This document shows positions 35,435 through 37,713 of a DNA stretch of 37,713 nucleotides, one piece after another. Every line of letters begins with the position of its first letter. Position 1 is the stretch's first letter. The DNA is from a virus (lineage: Duplodnaviria > Heunggongvirae > Uroviricota > Caudoviricetes), in IMG/VR virus record IMGVR_UViG_2802429240_000007; one strand, 5' to 3'. Under the pieces are notes generated by a model. It made no database searches. It had not been told where the DNA came from and saw nothing but the letters and a program-made list of their open reading frames with translations. The translations under genes and the position numbers were made by a program.

Positions 35435-37477
35435 TTAACGGTTGTTTGTGCCGTTTTTCTTTAAATTGCGCTCGCGTTCAGATGCGAATAAATAAAGTTC
35501 TTCTTTTTCCTTTTTCTCCTGGCGTTCCAGTCCATATCCCAGATTAAACTCAGGCTTCTGCGTAATAGCCGGGGTAAGCTCGCGTTTAGCCTCTTCGATT
35601 TTCTGCGCGGCCCGTGCAATGCGGCCTCTGACGCGTTTCTCCAGTTTTTGCTCGATAACTGGTTTAGCGAAGGCATCAACCTTGTTACCGTTCCAGATGG
35701 CATCGCAGATATAAGAGCCATCAGCCCGCCGGACAATGACACTGTTTGCATCATGAATATCGTAACTGACCCTGACTTCATTCCCGTGCTCTGCGGCCAG
35801 CTCATACGAGTAATAAATATTGTTGAATAACTGAATTTCCCCGCGAAATGTTTTGCGCGTCACTTCCGGTCTGAACATTTCATGCAGTTCTTCCGGCGAC
35901 AGGAAATCAATTTCAACATTCTGCTCTTTTATCAGTTTCCGGCGATACGCTGCCGGGCTGTAATATTCGCCATCCTCTTTGCGGGGAAGGCTGCTGTGTG
36001 GCCGGTTGTTATAGCGTCTGACCTCCAGTTCTATGGCTGCCATCAGTTGCTCAAAGGTGGGGATTTCATCCCTCGCCTTAACCTGCCGTTTTGTCAGTTC
36101 TTTCCCTTTGTGGGTGGCCTTAATGGCTGACTGCATAATCCGTTGCTGCATCATTACGGTTTCCTTGTCTGCTCCCTTTGAGCAGTACGTCTGGAAACTC
36201 AGGGCCACATCCCGGGGAATTTCCTTGTTAAGCCTTTCAATCACCCCGCGCCCCTGCGGGTTACCTGGTATCCCCGTGTGATGTTCCACACCCAGCCGGG
36301 GGAGAATCCCGGTAATATCGGCATCAAGAACCCGGTTTTTTTCGCCGCCCCCGTTATCGGAGTAATAAATCAGCGGTATCCCGTGCTGTGCCATGCCGTA
36401 ACGCAACGCATCAGCAACGGCTATCACGTTCTCCGACAGGGACAGCGACCAGCCCACAACAAAGCGTTGCCCCGCATCCATAACCAGCGTCACTTCTGGC
36501 CGGAAAATATTGCCGGTCAGTGGGTTAAACGCGGTCATCTTCATACAGTGACCATCCCCGACCCATACCGCATTAACCGGTAGCGATGTCCAGTCGCGCC
36601 GCACAAAGGGATTGAGCGAACGCCAGGCTGAACCGGTGGAGCGGAAACGCTCCTTAACAATCACCGGGACGTTGCTTAACACCCGTCTTACTGCGTGAAC
36701 GGAAGGCAGTGCTGCCAGCATTCCCGCATCATTCGCGTGTTTTTCATGCCACCAGGCTGAAAACTCGCGATACGCATATTCAACGGTCGGGCGCTTCCAT
36801 GAGCGATAGAACATAAAGAAATCGCTCAACCACCAGACCTGCTCCCACGGAGTTCCCTTATGATGACCGGGAGCCAGTAACGCCAGTAACTGATTGGCAT
36901 CACCGCGCGCCATCAGCCAGGCGGAATACCATTCCTGTAAACTCCCTGTACTGACGCCAGTTCGCTTACCCTGCCGGGCATTGGCGGTATTACCTGCCAC
37001 AATAACGCGCTCTGGCAAAGCCTCCTGGCGGATACCATCAACGATGTGTTTTATCGCTGCCGTCCTGGACATTCCTGCGTATTCACGCAGTTTATGCACT
37101 TCGGTAGCCAGCAATATCCGCGCATCAGCGATGGCCTTTTGCTTGTCGGTCAGTGCCTGAACTTCGCGTAATGCCAGTTCCGGGCATTTGACCATCACTT
37201 CCAGTTCATCGCGAACGGTAACGTTTTTAACTGCCTTCTGCTCAACCACGGCAGGCAGTTGTGCATCTTCCAGAACCTGATGGGTCAGGCGCTTACGTAA
37301 AACCTTCTGCGCTTCAGCGGGCAGACAGTCGATGTGATACTCGAATGCTTTGGTGCCTTCACGCTTGCGCTTCCATTCCGGGTGCGTCTCTGTGATCCGA
37401 TTGAGCGTCCAGCGCACCCCCTGAACTGTACCGGGCAAACCAGGAAGACCGGCCAGCTCATTGGCTGAATAAAACAT
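35435..37477 (-). CDS. DDE transposase (Mu A-like)
   Basis: 680 aa; N-terminal DNA-binding region and central catalytic core of MuA-like size and layout; directly between ner and B. Confidence 0.9.
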   Translation of the reverse strand: MFYSANELAGLPGLPGTVQGVRWTLNRITETHPEWKRKREGTKAFEYHIDCLPAEAQKVLRKRLTHQVLEDAQLPAVVEQKAVKNVTVRDELEVMVKCPELALREVQALTDKQKAIADARILLATEVHKLREYAGMSRTAAIKHIVDGIRQEALPERVIVAGNTANARQGKRTGVSTGSLQEWYSAWLMARGDANQLLALLAPGHHKGTPWEQVWWLSDFFMFYRSWKRPTVEYAYREFSAWWHEKHANDAGMLAALPSVHAVRRVLSNVPVIVKERFRSTGSAWRSLNPFVRRDWTSLPVNAVWVGDGHCMKMTAFNPLTGNIFRPEVTLVMDAGQRFVVGWSLSLSENVIAVADALRYGMAQHGIPLIYYSDNGGGEKNRVLDADITGILPRLGVEHHTGIPGNPQGRGVIERLNKEIPRDVALSFQTYCSKGADKETVMMQQRIMQSAIKATHKGKELTKRQVKARDEIPTFEQLMAAIELEVRRYNNRPHSSLPRKEDGEYYSPAAYRRKLIKEQNVEIDFLSPEELHEMFRPEVTRKTFRGEIQLFNNIYYSYELAAEHGNEVRVSYDIHDANSVIVRRADGSYICDAIWNGNKVDAFAKPVIEQKLEKRVRGRIARAAQKIEEAKRELTPAITQKPEFNLGYGLERQEKKEKEELYLFASERERNLKKNGTNNR

Positions 37478-37713
37478 TACGCCGCCTTACTGGCATACCG
37501 GCTTGGCCAGATCTCCGCAGGTTCCACACCAATAGCATCGGCTATGATGCGTTCATATTTAGGGCATGAGCGATACAGTGCATTTTTTAAAGAGTCTTTT
37601 TTTAGACCAGCGCGTTCAGAAAGTTCACGCAATGTAAAACCTTTGGTGTGCACAGCGGCAACGATGTACTCGCGGTGCCAGTCTTTGTTCATTACTTCAT
37701 TTCTAACCATCAT
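37477..37713 (-). CDS. ner: Ner-like DNA-binding regulator
   Basis: 78 aa; C-terminal EIWPSRY matches Ner/Nlp proteins; start codon at the window edge. Confidence 0.8.
   Translation of the reverse strand: MMVRNEVMNKDWHREYIVAAVHTKGFTLRELSERAGLKKDSLKNALYRSCPKYERIIADAIGVEPAEIWPSRYASKAA

Larger units (their letters stand above)
1061..37713. mobile_element. Mu-like transposable prophage, partial; left (phage right-end) boundary approximate, continues past window end
   Basis: Contiguous minus-strand block with Mu gene order (ner, A, B, early small genes, gemA, mor, lysis, terminase, portal, F, G, I, T, L, M, tape measure, N, P-R baseplate, fibres); DDE transposase and B ATPase present; repressor and left end lie beyond position 37713. 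Confidence 0.85.

Noticed and set aside
1-37713. tRNA, rRNA or integrase-type attachment site at the prophage boundary
   Set aside because: No tRNA-like or rRNA-like sequence recognised by eye; the element encodes a DDE transposase and B ATPase, consistent with transpositional insertion rather than tRNA-targeted integration.

Overview
The window holds the 3' end of a host sugar-transporter operon (araH, 1..987, + strand, with its terminator) followed by about 36.6 kb of a Mu-like transposable prophage, read entirely on the minus strand and running off the right edge. In phage order (right to left) it carries Ner, transposase A, ATPase B, a string of small early genes, GemA and Mor, a lysis cassette, a small-terminase-like gene, an inserted DNA methyltransferase, large terminase, portal, head genes, sheath, tube, tape measure, baseplate genes, and two tandem tail-fibre/chaperone modules. 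Gene order matches Mu from A through the baseplate. No gin invertase, invertible segment or mom gene is present, and no rRNA, tRNA or CRISPR array was recognised. All product calls are from reading the translations against remembered families; no database search was run. The most checkable novelties are: a 15-26 bp motif recurring upstream of three late operons; an antisense small gene with its own terminator inside the early operon; a translationally coupled pair of small basic paralogues; a secreted protein plus Cys-rich lipoprotein pair; an orphan methyltransferase between the terminase genes; and a 1045-aa mosaic side tail fibre with internal repeats.
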